64,000 nt of DNA, taken from positions 96,001-160,000 of the forward strand of contig JBDHZC010000001.1 of assembly GCA_039811685.1 (NCBI GenBank), written 5' to 3'. Within the stretch, counting starts at the first letter, position 1, and the number at the start of each line of letters is the position of its first letter. A model generated the notes under the pieces. It was not told where the DNA came from and made no database searches. It saw nothing but the letters and a program-made list of their open reading frames with translations. The position numbers and the translations under genes are program-made. The stretch comes from Armatimonadota bacterium (GTDB taxonomy: Bacteria; Armatimonadota; UBA5829; DSUL01). Positions 1 through 9,613 of this stretch are shown piece after piece.

Positions 1-11
1 CGAACCAGGAC

Positions 12-2291
12 TTGCTCTTTAACGGGCACCATCTGAATCTCTCAGACCCGTGGCGCTCGTTTGGTGTTGATGACGGCTGCGGGTATTCAGACGCAGAAGG
101 TCACTGCTGGAGGTTTGTCGGAACCTATCTGGTCTACGGTCAATGGAAGCAACTTATTGTCGGGGGGCTTCGCAAACTCAGTGAGGCGTGGCTGTTGACT
201 GAGGATCGGCTTTACGCTCACAAAGCAGCCGTACTTCTCGATCGCGTGGCCGATCTGTATCCGCTTTACGACTTTCGCGCGCAGGGGATTCTGTACGAAG
301 GACGCCACGAAGGGTCTGGCTACGTGTCGAACTGGCACGACGCTTGTGAAGAGACGCAGGATCTGGCTCTGGCCTATGACGCAATATCCGATGGCATCGC
401 CGGAGATACCGATCTCTTGAGCTTCCTCGCGTCCAAACAGCCTCTGGGGAAAAACAGGATTGAAGATGTCCACCGCAACATTCAAGACAACATTCTACGT
501 GACGCTTTGGCCCACCCGGAGAAGATACGCTCGAATTGGCCTGCCAGGCAGATTGCAGAGTGTCTGATACTGACAGCACTGAGTTGGCCGGAAAACCGGG
601 AAGAGGTCATAGACCGGATTGACGACGTCGTGCGCATGGGGACCGAAGTTGATGGGTTGACCGGTGAGAAAGGCCTGAGCGCCTACAGCACTCTCGCGCC
701 CCAGCGTGTCGCGGCGCTCCTCGGCCGCTACAGCCGTATCGAACCTGACTTTTTGAGACAGATCTTCGCGCGTCATCCGCGCCTGCACGACATGTGCCGT
801 TTCTACATTGACACACATTGTCTTCACAGTTACTATCCACATTCTGGAGACGGAGGAGTCTTTGCGCAGAAGGACGAGAAATATCTCGGAGTCTCTTTGC
901 CTAAACAAGGCGGTACCGAGCCGTCGGGCTGGCAGTTTTTGTATGAAATGTATCGCCTGACCGGAGATGTCGCGCTCGCCCAGACTCTCTACAGAGAGAA
1001 TGGACATTCCACAAGAGGCCTGCCTTACGACCTGTTTTGTATTGACGCGCCGGCGATCCAGCAGGATATCGAGAAGAGCGTCAGGCGGTGGGGCGGAGAG
1101 TGCCGCCCTGCCAGTGTCAACAAAGAGGAGTGGGCGCTGGCAATTCTGCGCTCAGGTGAAGCGGAGAACGCGCGGGCACTCTGGCTGGACTACGACTCCG
1201 GTGGCAGCCATGGCCATGCGGACGCTCTGACTCTGGGCCTTTTCGCCAGAGGGCTCGATCTCATGCCGGATTTCGGCTATCCACCTGTGCAGTACGGCGG
1301 ATGGGAATCGGAAAAGGCGCTGTGGTACAGGCAAAGCGCTGCGCACAACACTGTAGTTGTTGACCAAACCGATCATCGTCCTGCCAGGGGAGTGACAACG
1401 CTGTGGGCTACCGGCAGCCTTATCAGTGTTGTGAGCGCCTCTGTCCCCGAAGCTCTCGACGTGACTGAGCCAAACGCCGTTTTTGAACGCACTGCTCTCC
1501 TGATAGATATTTCGCCACAGGACTTCTATGTTTTCGACCTCTTTCACGTGCGTGGCGGAACCCGGCATTGCAGAATGATTCGCAGTCACTTCGGACATGT
1601 GTGCAGTGAAGGTTTGTCGCTTGCGCCCTCCGCGCCGCCCTGGACACATACGCAGAGCAGAGAAGTCCGCGCAGACACGAATCCCAGTCCCATTTGGAGC
1701 GTGGAGTGGGACGTAGAAGACCGCTATGGTTACCTGCCGCGCGAAACGCGCGTGCGTCTGCGGTATACCGACTGCTCGGCGGTGGGTGGCGTAACGGTCT
1801 ACACAGCGCAGGATTGGGTGTCCGCAGGGAATTTTGGCTCCTCAGACCAGGCCTGGATTCCGTCTGTTGTGACCTGCCGCGAATCCAGAGCTGATATGAC
1901 TACGTTTGCTGCTGTCATTGAGCCATACGGGACGCAGCGTCAGGTTGCCGGTATCTCACTGGTTTTACTTCCCCCCGAAGCTGCAAAACGCGGCGCGATC
2001 TGCGTGCGCGTTGCGCTCCAGAGCGGGGAAGAAGATATTATCGCGTTTGCCGGCCCGACAGGTGAGTCTTTTCTGGATGTTCCGGAGCTTGGACTCATCC
2101 TTGAAGGCCGCGGATGCTGGATACGCCGTCACCACAACGCGGTAAGGAGTGTAGCGGTGTTCCATGCGCTGCGCGTCAGCGTGCCGAATTTCGACCTGCG
2201 ATTGCTGGACTCGGAAGAGTTTATTGAGATCTGTGATGGCGTGGTGGTGTCGGGGAATCCAGAGTCGGTATCGGACCTGCAAATCGGTTGA
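12..2291 (+). CDS. Heparinase II/III-like (oligosaccharide lyase family) protein, probably 5'-truncated by window edge
   Basis: 759-aa ORF open from window start; motifs SHGHADALTLGLF, DFGYP and AHNTVVVD are typical of the heparinase II/III C-terminal domain. Confidence 0.7.
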   Translation: MLFNGHHLNLSDPWRSFGVDDGCGYSDAEGHCWRFVGTYLVYGQWKQLIVGGLRKLSEAWLLTEDRLYAHKAAVLLDRVADLYPLYDFRAQGILYEGRHEGSGYVSNWHDACEETQDLALAYDAISDGIAGDTDLLSFLASKQPLGKNRIEDVHRNIQDNILRDALAHPEKIRSNWPARQIAECLILTALSWPENREEVIDRIDDVVRMGTEVDGLTGEKGLSAYSTLAPQRVAALLGRYSRIEPDFLRQIFARHPRLHDMCRFYIDTHCLHSYYPHSGDGGVFAQKDEKYLGVSLPKQGGTEPSGWQFLYEMYRLTGDVALAQTLYRENGHSTRGLPYDLFCIDAPAIQQDIEKSVRRWGGECRPASVNKEEWALAILRSGEAENARALWLDYDSGGSHGHADALTLGLFARGLDLMPDFGYPPVQYGGWESEKALWYRQSAAHNTVVVDQTDHRPARGVTTLWATGSLISVVSASVPEALDVTEPNAVFERTALLIDISPQDFYVFDLFHVRGGTRHCRMIRSHFGHVCSEGLSLAPSAPPWTHTQSREVRADTNPSPIWSVEWDVEDRYGYLPRETRVRLRYTDCSAVGGVTVYTAQDWVSAGNFGSSDQAWIPSVVTCRESRADMTTFAAVIEPYGTQRQVAGISLVLLPPEAAKRGAICVRVALQSGEEDIIAFAGPTGESFLDVPELGLILEGRGCWIRRHHNAVRSVAVFHALRVSVPNFDLRLLDSEEFIEICDGVVVSGNPESVSDLQIG

Positions 2292-2421
2292 AGTGTAGCG
2301 CGCTTCCTTCTCACCGTCACAGCTACTGCGCCAGGGGAAGGACGTTCGCTTGCATCTGGCAGGAAAATAGCGCTCCCGCGGCGCAGGCTAAAGCAGCAAA
2401 ACTCATCCACAGGAGAGAATT

Positions 2422-4320
2422 TTGAACAGTTATTACCCTGGCAATCGCAAACCCCTCCCACAGACAGCTTTCACTTCTTTGCCGCTTGGCAGCGTTATGC
2501 CGGAAGGGTGGTTGAAGCGCCAGCTTCGCATCCAGGCGGACGGCCAGTCCGGACATCTCCCTGAGTTCTGGGAGTCTCTGGGACCGAACAGCGGTTGGCG
2601 AGGCGGTACGGGAGAGAGCTGGGAACGCGGTCCGTACTATCTGGATGGCTTCCTCCCGCTCGCCTACCTTCTGGGTGACGACAAAATGAAGAAGCAGGCG
2701 CAGGAGTGGATTGACTGGGCGCTGGAGAGCCAGGACGCTTTCGGGCACTTCGGCCCTAAAGGTGGACGGGTGGACTGGTGGCCGTTCGCAATAATCCTCA
2801 AGGTGTTGACTCAGTACTGGGACGTGTCTCACGACGAGAGAGTTATCACGCTCATGCGTCGCTTCTTCCGGTATATGAAGAACGAACTACCGGCCATCCA
2901 TCTGCATTCCTGGGCGATTGTGCGCTGGGCGGACATGGCGCTGTCGATTCTCTGGCTCTACAACCGAACTGGAGACTCCGAGCTGTTAGAGCTGGCAGAA
3001 ATGGTCCGAGCGCAGGGATACGACTGGAGCTGGCACTTCCATGACTTCGGCCATACTGAAAAGCAGACACATCGCTTCGGGATGCGAACACACGTAGTGA
3101 ACAATGCGATGGGCGTGAAGGCGCCGGGTGTGCAGTGGGAGTTGACTGGTTGGCCAGAACACAGAGAAGGCGTAGCGGCGGCACTGGAGATGCTGGACAC
3201 CTATCACGGGACAGCGACCGGCCTTTTCACGGGCGATGAGCATTATGCGGGTAAGAATCCAACTCAGGGAACGGAGCTGTGCGCAGTCGTCGAATACATG
3301 TTCTCGCTGGAGAATCTCATCAGTATCTTTGGGGAGTCCACGTGGGACAAACTGCCGGACCGGATGCTTTTTGGCGATCGATTGGAGCGAATAGCTTACA
3401 ACTCTTTGCCCGGGACCTTTGACGAGACGATGTGGGCACATCAGTACGATCAGCAGGCCAATCAGGTCCTGTGCACGCTTCATCCCCGAGAGTGGGCGTA
3501 CAATGGGCCAGACTCCAACCTGTTCGGATTGGAGCCAAACTACGGCTGCTGCACGGCTAATTTTCACCAGGGTTGGCCAAAGCTGGTAGCGCATCTCTGG
3601 ATGGCAACGCCCGATGACGGTCTTGTGGCGGTAGCCTACGGACCGTCCACTGTGAGCGCAAGGGTACGCGGTGGCCAGACTGTAACACTGATCGAAGAGA
3701 CCGACTATCCCTTCGACGAGACCATCCGCATACGTGTGAGCGCTTCGCAGGAAGTGGAGTTTCCGCTGCTTCTCCGCATACCCCGATGGACGAACGAGGC
3801 CAGGCTGAGCGTCAATGGGCAGGACGCCGCAATCGGCTCAGGCCCTTATGCGCGCCTTGAGCGAAAATGGTCAGATGGTGACGTCATTGAGCTGGCGCTT
3901 CCGATGGCTATTGAGGTCGAGCGGCGTTATCGGGATTCGGTCACGCTCAAGCGAGGCCCGCTTGTGTATTCGCTGAAAATCGGGGAGCGCTGGGAGCGGG
4001 TTAGCGGTGTGGACGAATGTCCGGACTACGCAGTTTATCCGACGACTCCCTGGAATTATGGGCTGGCCATTGATCCTGAGAACCCAGACGTGGAAGTTGT
4101 GAAGCGCAGTGTGGGAGATGTCGTCTTCGGGCCGGACAAGGCGCCTGTTGAGCTGAGAGTCAAAGGGCGCAGGTTGCCAGAGTGGGAATTGGTCAACGAG
4201 CAGGCAGGACTTCTGCCGCAGAGTCCAGTGAGCTCGGAAGAGCCTCTTGAAGAGCTGACGCTCATTCCATACGGGTGCGCAAAGCTGCGCGTCACGGAGT
4301 TTCCACTCCTGGACAAATAG
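2422..4320 (+). CDS. GH127-like beta-L-arabinofuranosidase (DUF1680)
   Basis: Motifs TELCAVVE, YGCCTANFHQGWPK, ETDYPF, LRIP, RGPLVY, LIPYG; TTG start after GGAGAG. Confidence 0.85.
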   Translation: MNSYYPGNRKPLPQTAFTSLPLGSVMPEGWLKRQLRIQADGQSGHLPEFWESLGPNSGWRGGTGESWERGPYYLDGFLPLAYLLGDDKMKKQAQEWIDWALESQDAFGHFGPKGGRVDWWPFAIILKVLTQYWDVSHDERVITLMRRFFRYMKNELPAIHLHSWAIVRWADMALSILWLYNRTGDSELLELAEMVRAQGYDWSWHFHDFGHTEKQTHRFGMRTHVVNNAMGVKAPGVQWELTGWPEHREGVAAALEMLDTYHGTATGLFTGDEHYAGKNPTQGTELCAVVEYMFSLENLISIFGESTWDKLPDRMLFGDRLERIAYNSLPGTFDETMWAHQYDQQANQVLCTLHPREWAYNGPDSNLFGLEPNYGCCTANFHQGWPKLVAHLWMATPDDGLVAVAYGPSTVSARVRGGQTVTLIEETDYPFDETIRIRVSASQEVEFPLLLRIPRWTNEARLSVNGQDAAIGSGPYARLERKWSDGDVIELALPMAIEVERRYRDSVTLKRGPLVYSLKIGERWERVSGVDECPDYAVYPTTPWNYGLAIDPENPDVEVVKRSVGDVVFGPDKAPVELRVKGRRLPEWELVNEQAGLLPQSPVSSEEPLEELTLIPYGCAKLRVTEFPLLDK

Positions 4321-4403
4321 GACAGCGTTCGTAGCGTACGGATTGAAACGGGGCTCGGGAACGTCCGGGCCTTTGGACAGGCGTTTTGGAAAGGAGACTA
4401 CAA

Positions 4404-5051
4404 ATGGCGACGGCAGTATCATCCAGAAGCAGTGGCATTCGAGAGCCCTTCGCGGCGCTGTCTCACCTTTTTGGAGCCGGGCTGGGTGTGGTTGGGCTTG
4501 TCGCTTTGCTTGTGAGCGCTGAGGGTCCCTGGCGGATTGTCAGCTATAGCCTCTACGGCGCCTGCCTGATTCTGTTGTACACGATGAGCGCTGCCTACCA
4601 CAGCTTTTGGCGCGCGACAGACCTCCTCAAGCGCCTGGACCACGCCTCAATTTATCTGCTGATAGCGGGCACTTACATTCCAGTGTGCCTTATATCGCTA
4701 CGCGGTCCGTGGGGCTGGGCGCTGTTTGGGGTTGAAGCTGGGCTGGCTCTGCTGGGCGTTACAATTGCGCTGGCGTGGCGCTCGCAGCCAGCCTGGGTTC
4801 GCATGGTTATCTACATTGTTATGGGGTGGCTCGCCATTATCGCCATTGCGCCACTGAGCCGCGCTTTGCCTGTGCCGGCAGTGTGGTTGCTGGTAGGCGG
4901 GGGAGTGACCTACACCATCGGCGCTGTGATATTCGCCCTGGATCGCCCACATTTGTGGCCGGGTCGCTTCAGCGCCCACGATCTGTGGCACATCTTTGTC
5001 CTTGGCGGCAGCGTCTGTCATTTCGCCGCAATTCTTCTCTACACAACATAG
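4404..5051 (+). CDS. Hemolysin III / PAQR family membrane protein
   Basis: About 7 hydrophobic segments; SH, SAAYH, RLDHASIYLLIAGTYxP and HDLWHIFV motifs; AAGGAG SD before ATG 4404. Confidence 0.9.
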   Translation: MATAVSSRSSGIREPFAALSHLFGAGLGVVGLVALLVSAEGPWRIVSYSLYGACLILLYTMSAAYHSFWRATDLLKRLDHASIYLLIAGTYIPVCLISLRGPWGWALFGVEAGLALLGVTIALAWRSQPAWVRMVIYIVMGWLAIIAIAPLSRALPVPAVWLLVGGGVTYTIGAVIFALDRPHLWPGRFSAHDLWHIFVLGGSVCHFAAILLYTT

Positions 5052-5177
5052 ACTCTCCAAAAAAAAAGCGCCTGCATTATTCAGACAGGGAAGACGGTCT
5101 GCAACGGAGAACTTTGCGCAGATGCGCGTGCGTTCACGGGTAAGCCGTAGCGTCGCCGCCTGTGGAGGATTTCCATT

Positions 5178-6137
5178 ATGCCGTCACCCACTCCCCGAGA
5201 GCGTTTCATCAGTGCTCTGGAGCGCAGACCGATCCAGGGTCGGGTCCCTCATTTTGAACTTGTCTTTTTCCTTACAATGGAGGCCTTCGGCAAGGTGCAC
5301 CCGTCCCACCGGTCGTACCATCAATGGGATCAGATGGGTGACAAAGAGCGTCAGTTGCACAGGCAGGATATGGCGCAGTTGTTTGTTGATACTGCGGAGC
5401 GCTTTGAGCACGATGCCATCTTTCTGCACCCGAATCCCGGCGGCCTGGATGAAATTATGCGGTTGCTGGACTGCGTGAAAGACATCGCTGGCGACCGTTA
5501 TTATCTGATGATTCACGGGGACGCAACTTACAGCATCCCCAATGGTGATCAGATGGTGGAGTTCAGCTACCGGATGGTGGATGACACTCAGGGCATGCTG
5601 GGTGACGCGCAGAGAATGGTGGACGAAGCGCTTGAGACTGCTCAGAAACTGCGAGAACATGGAGCGCTGGACGGCTTTGCGCTATGCGCTGACTACTGTC
5701 TCAATACAGGACCCTTCCTCAGTCCTTCTCAGTTTTCTGTATTTGTCGCCCCGTTTCTCAAACGCCTGGTGGCTGGCTACCGGGATCTTGGCTTTTACGT
5801 CATCAAACACACTGACGGCAACATTATGCCGATTGTTGACCAACTTGTTGACGCCAATCCACACGCGCTTCACTCCATTGATCCGCAGGCCAGAGTGGAC
5901 ATCGCCGAGGTCAAGCGTCTCTACGGGGACCGGGTGTGTCTTATCGGTAATGTAAATTGTGGCGCTCTGGACACTGGCACGGATGAGGAGGTCGTTGAGT
6001 CCGTCCGTTATGCGCTTCGAAGCGGGATGCCGGGCGGGGGGTACATCTTTTCGACAAGCAACTGCATTTACACCGGGATGCGGCTGGAGCGCTATGAACT
6101 GATGCAGAGCATCTGGCGCGCTGAGGGCAACTACTGA
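5178..6137 (+). CDS. Uroporphyrinogen decarboxylase superfamily (MtaA/CmuA-like) protein
   Basis: KHTDGNI, CLIGNV, GGGYIFSTSNCI motifs; GGAGG SD. Confidence 0.8.
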   Translation: MPSPTPRERFISALERRPIQGRVPHFELVFFLTMEAFGKVHPSHRSYHQWDQMGDKERQLHRQDMAQLFVDTAERFEHDAIFLHPNPGGLDEIMRLLDCVKDIAGDRYYLMIHGDATYSIPNGDQMVEFSYRMVDDTQGMLGDAQRMVDEALETAQKLREHGALDGFALCADYCLNTGPFLSPSQFSVFVAPFLKRLVAGYRDLGFYVIKHTDGNIMPIVDQLVDANPHALHSIDPQARVDIAEVKRLYGDRVCLIGNVNCGALDTGTDEEVVESVRYALRSGMPGGGYIFSTSNCIYTGMRLERYELMQSIWRAEGNY

Positions 6138-6176
6138 CGGCAAGTCTACGCTGCCAGACCTAATACGCGGTGTGCT

Positions 6177-7007
6177 CTAGAACTCGGGTGGGAGTTGTTG
6201 AAGCTCGGCGTAGGAGAACACCGGCCCGTCTATGCAGACAAACTTCTCGCCGATGTTGCACCGTCCGCATTTGCCGATTCCGCACTTCATCTTCATCTCA
6301 AGAGTAGTGTATATCTGCTCGGCCGCAAATCCAAGCTTTTCAAGATTCTGAAGCACGAACTTGATCATGACAGGTGGCCCGCAGGTGATAGCGATGGTGT
6401 TTTCAGGCGTTGGCGCCAGATCCACCAGATAGGCAGGCACAAATCCCACATTTCCTTTCCAGTTATCATCGCCTTTGTCCACCGTGAGATACAGATTGGT
6501 ATCCGGAGCGCTGCGCCACGCATCAAACTCGCTTCTGAAACACAGATCATCAGGAGATCGCCCGCCGTAGATGATGTCAATCTCTGCGTAGTCCGAGCGA
6601 TTGTCCAGACAGAAGTTGAGCAGTGAGCGCAGCGGCGCCATTCCGATTCCGCCACCTATGAAGAGCAGCCTGTGATCTTTGAAGCGCTCGTACGGAAACC
6701 AGTTGCCAAACGGCCCGCGGATGCCCACAGTCTCACCCAGGCTCATCTCGTGCAGAGCAGTTGTGACCTGGCCAACTTTCTTCACTGCGAACTCTACCAT
6801 GCCAGGTCGCGTCGGTGTGCTGGTCAGGCAGAATGTGGACTCTCCAACTCCAAACACCGAGACTTCCTGAAACTGTCCTGGTTCGTAGGAGAAGTCCTGG
6901 CGAAGCGCAGTATCAGAGAAAACGGCCCGGAAGGTTTTGGTGTCTGGAGTCTCCTCCACAATCTCCTCAACGGTCGCAAGCTCAGGTAGATACGGATTGG
7001 TGTTCAT
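6177..7007 (-). CDS. flxA: FlxA: FAD/NAD(P)-binding [2Fe-2S] oxidoreductase (AsrB/PyrK-like)
   Basis: PGQF, GPFG, GGGIGMAPLRS, CGPP, MKCGIGKCGRC...CIDGPVF; last gene of the hdr-flx cluster. Confidence 0.85.
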   Translation of the reverse strand: MNTNPYLPELATVEEIVEETPDTKTFRAVFSDTALRQDFSYEPGQFQEVSVFGVGESTFCLTSTPTRPGMVEFAVKKVGQVTTALHEMSLGETVGIRGPFGNWFPYERFKDHRLLFIGGGIGMAPLRSLLNFCLDNRSDYAEIDIIYGGRSPDDLCFRSEFDAWRSAPDTNLYLTVDKGDDNWKGNVGFVPAYLVDLAPTPENTIAITCGPPVMIKFVLQNLEKLGFAAEQIYTTLEMKMKCGIGKCGRCNIGEKFVCIDGPVFSYAELQQLPPEF

Positions 7008-8022
7008 GGCTATCCGACATCCTCTTCAGGACTTCCCGCAAATCTGTGTTGACCGGACACAGCTCAACGCATCGCCCACACCCGACGCATCCGAGAATAC
7101 CGCACTGCTCCACAATGTATTTGAACTTGTGCGACACTCTCTGCCGGATGCGCTCAGGCTTGCCAGGGCGCGGGTTGTGTCCGTGTCCCATATGCGTAAA
7201 GTCGCAGAACTGACAGGTGTCACGGACACGGTAGCGCTCGACGCAACCGCCGGACAACTCCTCGTCCTGAATGTCAAAGCAGGTGCAGGTCGGGCACAGA
7301 TAGGAACAGACGCCGCAGCCGATGCACCTCTCGGCCAATTGAGTCCATTCAGCGGAATCCCAGTTTACGAACTCGGCGGCTTCGGAGGCGTCGAACTTAC
7401 GCTCCGCAACGCGCAGCTCCTCCCAGACACAGTCGCGCTGCGCTATGTCGCTTTCCGTGACGAGCGCCATCGGGATCAGACGCGCAAGGGTCTCTCCGGC
7501 CGGTGAATTGGCGCAGACCACGTAGCGTTCGCCAATATCTGTCAGACTTACATCTGCTGCCGCCGCCCACTCCACAGGATCGCCCACACTGGAGCAGAAG
7601 CAGCTCCAGCGCTTCTTTTCGCATACGTAAGCGACAGTCAGGAGGTTGTCGCGCCGAGCTTTGTAGTACGGGTCCTTGAATCGTCCATCCAGATAGACCT
7701 CGTCCAGTATGCTCAGCGACCTCAGGTCGCATGGGCGCAGGCCTATGAGCACAGTCGCTTGAGGACGTGGGATTCCGGGGATAATCGCCGGGCCCTCGGG
7801 CGTCCTCTGAAAAGTGAACAGCGTCTCGGAGCGTGGGAGGATATGGTCTTTGGGCGGCAGCGTCCACTGGCCGTTGTCCAGGAGCGGAGTGACTCCCGGT
7901 GGCAGCGGCTGGAATGCCGGAGGGCCAGAGGCTTGGGACTGAGGCCCAACCACTTCGTGATCAACCGCCATCGCAGCAAGCCATGTGCTCAGATCGGACT
8001 TTTCCAGAACAAACTCTTGCAT
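6982..8022 (-). CDS. flxB: FlxB: 4Fe-4S dicluster protein (AsrA-like)
   Basis: GLRPCD, CFC, CIGCGVCSYLCPTCTCF, HNPR, CVGCGRCVELCP; likely start ATG 8022 just after the upstream stop. Confidence 0.82.
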   Translation of the reverse strand: MQEFVLEKSDLSTWLAAMAVDHEVVGPQSQASGPPAFQPLPPGVTPLLDNGQWTLPPKDHILPRSETLFTFQRTPEGPAIIPGIPRPQATVLIGLRPCDLRSLSILDEVYLDGRFKDPYYKARRDNLLTVAYVCEKKRWSCFCSSVGDPVEWAAAADVSLTDIGERYVVCANSPAGETLARLIPMALVTESDIAQRDCVWEELRVAERKFDASEAAEFVNWDSAEWTQLAERCIGCGVCSYLCPTCTCFDIQDEELSGGCVERYRVRDTCQFCDFTHMGHGHNPRPGKPERIRQRVSHKFKYIVEQCGILGCVGCGRCVELCPVNTDLREVLKRMSDSHEHQSVST

Positions 8023-8026
8023 ATCT

Positions 8027-8965
8027 TCAGCCCTCCGGGCCCTCATCGTCATCTCTGAATGTACCGAGCGGGGTCGGCTCATCAGTTGCCGCGCCTGCCC
8101 GGTAGTCAAAAAGCTCTTCCACGTCTCTGGCCATCTCGCGCATCAAGAGACTGACAGGCAGGCCCATCGGGCACGCTCTCTCGCACTCGCCACACGCAGC
8201 GCATCGGCCAGCCAGGTGCATCGCGCGGGTTGTGTGGTACATCCAGTTCTCATCTGCCTGAATCTTCTTTGAAAGCCACTTTGGGACGGCGCAGTCAGCA
8301 AAACAGGTTGTGCAGTAGCATAGCGGACAAACCTGCCGGCATGCGTAACAGCGGATACATGCCTCAAAAGCCTGCGCCCAGAACTTGCGTCTGTCTTCGG
8401 CTTTCTCAGGGAGCGTCAACTCTGCTGTTGCTCGCGCTTTCACCTCTTCGCCAATCAGCACGTCGTAAATCGGCGGTGCGCTTCGTTCACACGCGAGACA
8501 CGCTTCCTTCAGGGCGTGAGAAGCAGGCACATTCAGAGTCTGTTCCGAAGTTTCGATGGCAATAGTGTCGCCAGACGCATCAATCGAGACGATATCTTCT
8601 TCATCCACGCCGGATTTGCGCAGCCTTCCCGCGTCAATAACTCCTCTGCACGGGACTCCCAGGATATAGACCTGCTCTCGCTCAATCTGCTTCTCTTGAA
8701 TCAGCACAGCGATGGCCGCGGCGTCACAGCTCTTGGCCACGACAGCTACACGTTCAGTGCGCGCTAGATCGCGCACGTACAGAGCGAGATTGTCCGCGCA
8801 CGACGCCGACCAGACCAGTTGGTCAACCTCATCAGAAGTGCGGACAAAGACAGGCGTGGTGCGCGCTTGTGTGCTGGCTTCGCCAAATCCGACGATCACC
8901 TGCACGTCGCCGCTTTCCAGAAGCTGCCTTGCCTGCTCTCTGATTGTCTGCGTTTGCGCATTCAT
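8027..8965 (-). CDS. flxC: FlxC: 4Fe-4S protein
   Basis: AKSCD, GVPCRG, CIRCYACRQVCPLCYC, HLAGRCAACGECERACP; position in cluster. Confidence 0.8.
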   Translation of the reverse strand: MNAQTQTIREQARQLLESGDVQVIVGFGEASTQARTTPVFVRTSDEVDQLVWSASCADNLALYVRDLARTERVAVVAKSCDAAAIAVLIQEKQIEREQVYILGVPCRGVIDAGRLRKSGVDEEDIVSIDASGDTIAIETSEQTLNVPASHALKEACLACERSAPPIYDVLIGEEVKARATAELTLPEKAEDRRKFWAQAFEACIRCYACRQVCPLCYCTTCFADCAVPKWLSKKIQADENWMYHTTRAMHLAGRCAACGECERACPMGLPVSLLMREMARDVEELFDYRAGAATDEPTPLGTFRDDDEGPEG

Positions 8966-8974
8966 AGCCAATCT

Positions 8975-9562
8975 CTACGGGTCAGGCGAAGGTATCGGCG
9001 GCTCATCAGCCGCGCCTGTGTGGACCTGTACAAGCGGAATTACCTCGCGCGATGCCGCGGGCGAGACACCTGGCCCGTCCGGCACACCTTCTGACGTCAC
9101 TCCGCGGAATGGACCCAGCTTCTTCAGGCGCTCCGTCATCTCGGAGACGCTCTCAGCCCAGAGGTTGCCCTCCGACGCTGACACCCATTGAAACTGAAAG
9201 CGTTCCTCCTCGATACCCAGCTTGGCCAGGAATTTTTTCAGAAGGGTCAGGCGTCTGCGGGCGTAGTAGTTGCCTTTGGCGTAGTGGCAGTCTCCCGGGT
9301 GACATCCCGAAACCAGCACGCCGTCGAAGCCGCGCATAAAGCCCTTCAACACATACTGAGGATTCACGCGCCCGCTACAGGGGACGCGGACGATACGCAC
9401 GTTCGCCGGATACTTCAAGCGGGCGGACCCGGCCAGATCTGCCCCGGCATAGGAACACCAGTTGCAGAGAATCCCCAGAATCCGCGGCTCAACCGCGCTA
9501 TCCTGACCTTCCGCCGTCTGCTCCTTTAACTGATCTTTGTTTACCGATGTCGCCTCTAGCAT
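8975..9562 (-). CDS. flxD: FlxD / MvhD-like [2Fe-2S] subunit
   Basis: CNWCSYAGADLAG, RVPCSGRV, GCHPGDCHY, WVSASEG (MvhD signature). Confidence 0.92.
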   Translation of the reverse strand: MLEATSVNKDQLKEQTAEGQDSAVEPRILGILCNWCSYAGADLAGSARLKYPANVRIVRVPCSGRVNPQYVLKGFMRGFDGVLVSGCHPGDCHYAKGNYYARRRLTLLKKFLAKLGIEEERFQFQWVSASEGNLWAESVSEMTERLKKLGPFRGVTSEGVPDGPGVSPAASREVIPLVQVHTGAADEPPIPSPDP

Positions 9563-9613
9563 TGGTCTATTCTGCCCGCAACAAATAACCGTCCGGATGT
9601 TGTAAACGGCGCT

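Noticed and set aside
5059..5067. A9 homopolymer
   Set aside because: Intergenic, with no clear promoter or frameshift context for phase variation.
7195..7240. FlxB reads VRDTC where homologs often have WDSC
   Set aside because: Single substitution; all Fe-S Cys motifs intact, so no evidence of decay.
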